Part shown: one piece after another, positions 60,276-64,000 of the stretch
Layout of the letters: every line of letters begins with the position of its first letter
How positions within the stretch are numbered: position 1 is the first letter of the stretch
IMG/VR virus record: IMGVR_UViG_3300037247_000810
Location: 39,460-103,459 of that record
Direction: 5' to 3' (one strand)
DNA: 64,000 nucleotides
From: a virus
Notes under the pieces: model-generated
Database searches by the model: none
What the model was told of the DNA's origin: nothing
Seen by the model: the letters and a program-made list of their open reading frames with translations, nothing else
Program-made: the position numbers and the translations under genes

Positions 60276-61229
60276 TTATGATGCGTGCTCATGCTCTCCC
60301 CACGCTTCGGTACTCCCACACAACGGACAAGCTCCTAGTTCCTCTACTAGCTTCTCGTACTGATGCTCCAGCCCCTCCAAGTCATCGAGTGCCTGGCCCA
60401 CCTCGGCCTGGGTCGCATCGACAGCGCCCGCCGCCTTCTTCGTCTGTTGAATGGCCGCCACGATCCCTTCCAGCGCGCCCACACGCTCTTCCAACGCCTC
60501 AACCTCTTCCATTCGCGGGAGCGTCAGGTCAGCAATAAGCAGCGAACCCGCGATGTCCTGAACAATGTCATCGGCCTGTTTTGCGATACCGAGACGCTGG
60601 TTGGCGGTGCGCATCAGCTTGTTGGCCCGCTCCAAGACATTGCGGACACGGCGCACGTTCGGCAACTCATCAAGCTGCGCCTTCGTCCGCCCGGCCTCCG
60701 TCTCAGCCACCTCGTGATCACGCTGGACGCGCTTCAGATCGCGGCGACAATCCATCTGCCCCTCCACCAGCACCGAGAGCTTAGTGAGCTTGGCAAGGGC
60801 GCGGGCGGCCAGCGTCGAGGACTCGGTGAGGAGCAGCGGCAGGTCGTGCTGCGAATGAAATTGAGGTGTGAAGGACACGCCCTTGTCGATTTCGATTCGC
60901 CGAATGCCGAGCACGTTCTCGATGTCCTCCGGCACCGTGCGGCCCACGCGCGTGTACGCCTGGTCGTCGGACGTGTAAGTCGCGCCCTTGTCGCGGGGCT
61001 TCTCCCATTCGATCTTCTTACCACCATCGAGCGTGAGCCGCACCCACGCCTTCTGCTGCTTGTGACGGATGAAGCGGGAACCAACTTGGTTGAAGCATAG
61101 GGCCTTGAGCGCGCGGATCAGGGCAGACTTACCGTTACCACTCGGCCCCACAATCACTGTGAACCGGCCAAGCGCCAGATCGATGTCCTCCAAGGACTGG
61201 TAGTCCTGTACCTCGATCCGTTCGAGCAT
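60276..61229 (-). CDS. SbcC/Rad50 N-terminal half (Walker A, coiled coil, Zn hook)
   Basis: GPSGNGKS; terminal CPLCG. Confidence 0.82.
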   Translation of the reverse strand: MLERIEVQDYQSLEDIDLALGRFTVIVGPSGNGKSALIRALKALCFNQVGSRFIRHKQQKAWVRLTLDGGKKIEWEKPRDKGATYTSDDQAYTRVGRTVPEDIENVLGIRRIEIDKGVSFTPQFHSQHDLPLLLTESSTLAARALAKLTKLSVLVEGQMDCRRDLKRVQRDHEVAETEAGRTKAQLDELPNVRRVRNVLERANKLMRTANQRLGIAKQADDIVQDIAGSLLIADLTLPRMEEVEALEERVGALEGIVAAIQQTKKAAGAVDATQAEVGQALDDLEGLEHQYEKLVEELGACPLCGSTEAWGEHEHAS

Positions 61230-61480
61230 CTAGAACGGCTCGATTCCGGGATCAGGATCGGCATACGCGACCACAACTTGCGTCAATTCGCCGACGAGAA
61301 TCATCAGACTGGCGCAGCGATCCACCAGATATTCGTCACCGTCTTCGTCCGCAAGTTCGCGGATGACGTTGACGACATCGATCACGTCCTGGCACGCCTC
61401 ACGCACGAGATCACCCTCGACAGTCGTCGGTACACAATCGTCAGAATCGCCGCCGCAGCACGAACCAATATCTTTGCACA

Positions 61481-62566
61481 TTATGTCACCTCTGGGAAGC
61501 GTTTGCGGACAGTCTCCGACCAGAACTCCTCGCGGGCAGCAGCAGCGATGCGCTCGCGCAGCCCCGGCGCGTCAGCGAGAATCTGACCGAAGTCCGCCTC
61601 ATGGAACGATTCGTCGACGTCGGCCAACTTGTACCAGGAACCCTTCTTCACGACCATACCGAGTTTCAAAGCAGCCTGGAAGTGGGCGAAGTCATCATCG
61701 AAGCCGTCGTCGAAAGTGCAACGAATCAAGGCCTTGCCGAACGGGTTTGAGCACTTATTCTTGCTGATCTTTACCCGCGACATGATGCCGTAGGCCGGGC
61801 CGTCCTTGCCACCGTGCCGCAACTCCTCCCCCTTCTGCATATCGATGATGGTGCTGGCGTGGAATTGCAGCGGGCGCTTAGCGATCATCGTGCTCGTTTC
61901 CGCGCCGCGAAATCCGCCAGTCTCGACAATCTCCTTGTTCTGGTTGACGATGATCAGAACGATGTTCTCCTTGGCCACGATGGGCATGATGCGGCGTAGG
62001 GCAGCGCTCATAATCTTGGCGTGCTGCCCGATGGCCTGGCCTTCCTTCCCGAATTCGCCCTCAGACTCGGCCGTCGTCTGCGTACCGCCCACGCTGTCCC
62101 AAACGATGGTGGCCAGCGCATCTGGCGTCTCCGCCCGCACTGCCTTGATGCTCTTTTCAACCAGCCGAATCGCCTCCTCCATCGTCTCCGGCTGCGCTAG
62201 CAGCAGGTCTTCGCGCTCCAAGCCCAAACGGGCGGCACGGGATTCGTCGAACGCGAATTCGGCGTCGAGCAAAATGGCGATCCCACCGCGCTGGACGGTT
62301 TCGGCCAGCAGGTGCGTGATGAGCGAGGTCTTACCGGAGGACTCCCACCCACGCACCACTGTCAGGCGGCCAACTGGGATACCTGGCATATTCAACGCCA
62401 GATCGAGGGCAAGGCTCTGGGTCGAGAGATAGTCCTTGGCCCCGGCCACCTCGCCGGTCAAGATGCTCGATTCCTCACCCTCGCTCTTACGGATATGCTG
62501 AACTACCGCGTCGATGAGACGGGCGGGGCGTTCCTCGCCCGTCTCCGTCCTCTTGCTTCGTTGCAT
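61481..62566 (-). CDS. recA: RecA recombinase
   Basis: GIPVGR, GWESSGKTS, DAE, WDSV, NQ, KNK..PF. Confidence 0.92.
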   Translation of the reverse strand: MQRSKRTETGEERPARLIDAVVQHIRKSEGEESSILTGEVAGAKDYLSTQSLALDLALNMPGIPVGRLTVVRGWESSGKTSLITHLLAETVQRGGIAILLDAEFAFDESRAARLGLEREDLLLAQPETMEEAIRLVEKSIKAVRAETPDALATIVWDSVGGTQTTAESEGEFGKEGQAIGQHAKIMSAALRRIMPIVAKENIVLIIVNQNKEIVETGGFRGAETSTMIAKRPLQFHASTIIDMQKGEELRHGGKDGPAYGIMSRVKISKNKCSNPFGKALIRCTFDDGFDDDFAHFQAALKLGMVVKKGSWYKLADVDESFHEADFGQILADAPGLRERIAAAAREEFWSETVRKRFPEVT

Positions 62567-63535
62567 CTACTCCAAGTCCTTCACGCGGCCGCGAACACGG
62601 CTGCTGCCGGACGTGCCCTCGCTGCCGGATGGCTTGGGCTTGCGGCTGCGGGCCGGGCGCTCCTCTTCCGGCTCCGGGTCGGGCTCCTCTTCCTGCTCTG
62701 GCTCAGCACGACGCGAGCGGCGGGCCGGGCGCTCCTCTTCCTCCGACTCCTCCTCTCCCTCTGGCTCGGAGCGACGCGAGCGACGAACAGGCGTATCGCC
62801 TTCAGTCTTTTCGCCGTTATCGTCGCCGTTATCATCCTTCGACTCGGTGCGAGAACGGCCGCCCGACAGGCCCTTGTACGTGCGCTCCATCTCCTCGTCG
62901 GTGAGGAAGCTCTGCACCTCGGCCAGATTAGGCAACTCGTACTCCTCGTCCGCGAGTGCCTGGAACGTCTCGGCGACGGCGGTGCTGCTGTGATTCAACA
63001 GCTTATCCGGCGGGAATGGCTTCGGCCGCGTCGGAGTGGCATCGTACTTGGTTTTGATGCCGCTGCCGGTCTTCTCCACCAGAATGTCGAAGCCCTCCTC
63101 GAAGGACGTGAAGTCGCCGTAGTCCTCCTCATTGAGCCAGAACTTCTTCAACTGGCGGAAGATCGTCTTGGGGCAGGGCCAGACCTGCACACCGTTCTGC
63201 GGATTCGCCAGGTCGACGATGTTGAGCAGATAACGTGGGCGGGCACTCATTGCCTCGGCCTCCGTCACTTCGTCATCGTCGCCCTTCGACAACCGCTTCA
63301 CCAGACGATCCAGGAAGCAGGACTCGCTTACGCCGGACATCACCGGGCACGGCACGGCGCGCTCGTCAGGGCCGACGTTGAAGTGAGTCCCCGTAGCGAA
63401 CCAGAATTCCTCCGCGTCCGCCGCCCACGGCGGCATAACGCGGACACGGCTCTCGCCCTCTGGGGGGTTCCAGAAATCCGCGCCGCCGACCGGCGCGTTT
63501 TCGACTGCCTCTCGGCTAGGCTTACCGTAGCTCAT
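62567..63535 (-). CDS. gp32-like single-stranded DNA-binding protein
   Basis: RVMPPW, CP..C, GFDILVEKTG..TKY; acidic tail; adjacent to recA. Confidence 0.7.
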   Translation of the reverse strand: MSYGKPSREAVENAPVGGADFWNPPEGESRVRVMPPWAADAEEFWFATGTHFNVGPDERAVPCPVMSGVSESCFLDRLVKRLSKGDDDEVTEAEAMSARPRYLLNIVDLANPQNGVQVWPCPKTIFRQLKKFWLNEEDYGDFTSFEEGFDILVEKTGSGIKTKYDATPTRPKPFPPDKLLNHSSTAVAETFQALADEEYELPNLAEVQSFLTDEEMERTYKGLSGGRSRTESKDDNGDDNGEKTEGDTPVRRSRRSEPEGEEESEEEERPARRSRRAEPEQEEEPDPEPEEERPARSRKPKPSGSEGTSGSSRVRGRVKDLE

Positions 63536-63711
63536 GTATATTCTCTCCTCCCTCTCTATGAGAGTCGGCTGACGATCAGCGTCAGCAACGCGGCGACCAG
63601 TAGCCAATAGCCAGTGCTAAGAACCAGGGTCGTCAACTGGCTCACTACACGCTCGACGGGCGTTTGCCCGAAGTTCCAACGCAGCAGCAGCCACAGGTTG
63701 AGCAAGTCCAT

Positions 63712-63951
63712 CTAGTCGTCCTGTGCGGCGGAACGCTGTGCCCGCACCGTGTCCACTAGCCGGTCGAAATCCTCCCAGCTAATATCCACGCCGTGGCCAT
63801 CGACCGCAAGGAAGACGACATCACTGGTCAGCGTGAAGCTAACCTCCTTCGTCTTCACCGGAGCCGTCCGGCTGAGCGTCACCACCGGATACCTGGATTC
63901 CTCCAGGCATTCCTCAGTGACCTCAATGTCGGTGCGCTCTTGTAGTCCCAT
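63712..63951 (-). CDS. hypothetical protein
   Basis: GGGAGG RBS. Confidence 0.55.
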   Translation of the reverse strand: MGLQERTDIEVTEECLEESRYPVVTLSRTAPVKTKEVSFTLTSDVVFLAVDGHGVDISWEDFDRLVDTVRAQRSAAQDD

Positions 63952-64000
63952 CTAATGACCCTCCCTTCCAACTGCGGCCATGTCGGCCCGATCCCGATTG

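Noticed and set aside
51864-62566. inteins or introns in polA and recA
   Set aside because: lengths and motif spacing are normal; no splicing motifs seen

Overview
About 64 kb of a large, GC-rich (~60%) tailed-phage genome using the standard code; host uncertain. Main parts: (1) 3.0-7.4 kb, minus strand: a single stable-RNA operon with a sigma70 promoter, a boxB/boxA-like leader and a terminator. It holds 42 CCA-encoding tRNAs covering all 20 amino acids, mostly packed with zero spacer, a phage-encoded divergent RNase P RNA, four anticodon-less mini-tRNA modules and four unassigned structured RNAs. (2) 7.5-12.8 kb: small genes including a YkgJ Cys-cluster protein, an XkdF-like protease domain and a HicA-like toxin. 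(3) 13.0-16.3 kb: a leftward operon with no GGCC site, bounded by GGCC-dense repeat clusters, next to a non-coding repeat region at 16.3-17.6 kb. Five sigma28-like promoters (TTCA-N15-GYCGATAC) lie between 16.2 and 24.1 kb. This is probably the genome end or first-injected region (inference). (4) 17.8-40.3 kb: a rightward early/host-takeover array of about 60 small genes with a repeated start-associated motif (ArdA-like, DUF932, Toprim/TopoVI-A-like, Fic, UDG-like, alpha/beta hydrolase, P22 gp17-like). (5) 40.3-64 kb: leftward replication, recombination and modification genes: RNase HII, amino-MTase, GH25 endolysin, Gp88, HD nucleotidase, UDG-PolA fusion, two-frame C5-MTase, phosphoesterase, RuvC, split SbcC plus SbcD, RecA and a gp32-like SSB. 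Best candidate novel system: a tRNA operon that one RNase P cut per junction could process, carrying its own RNase P RNA and using mini-tRNA adapters to punctuate non-tRNA cargo RNAs. All calls were made by eye, without database searches.
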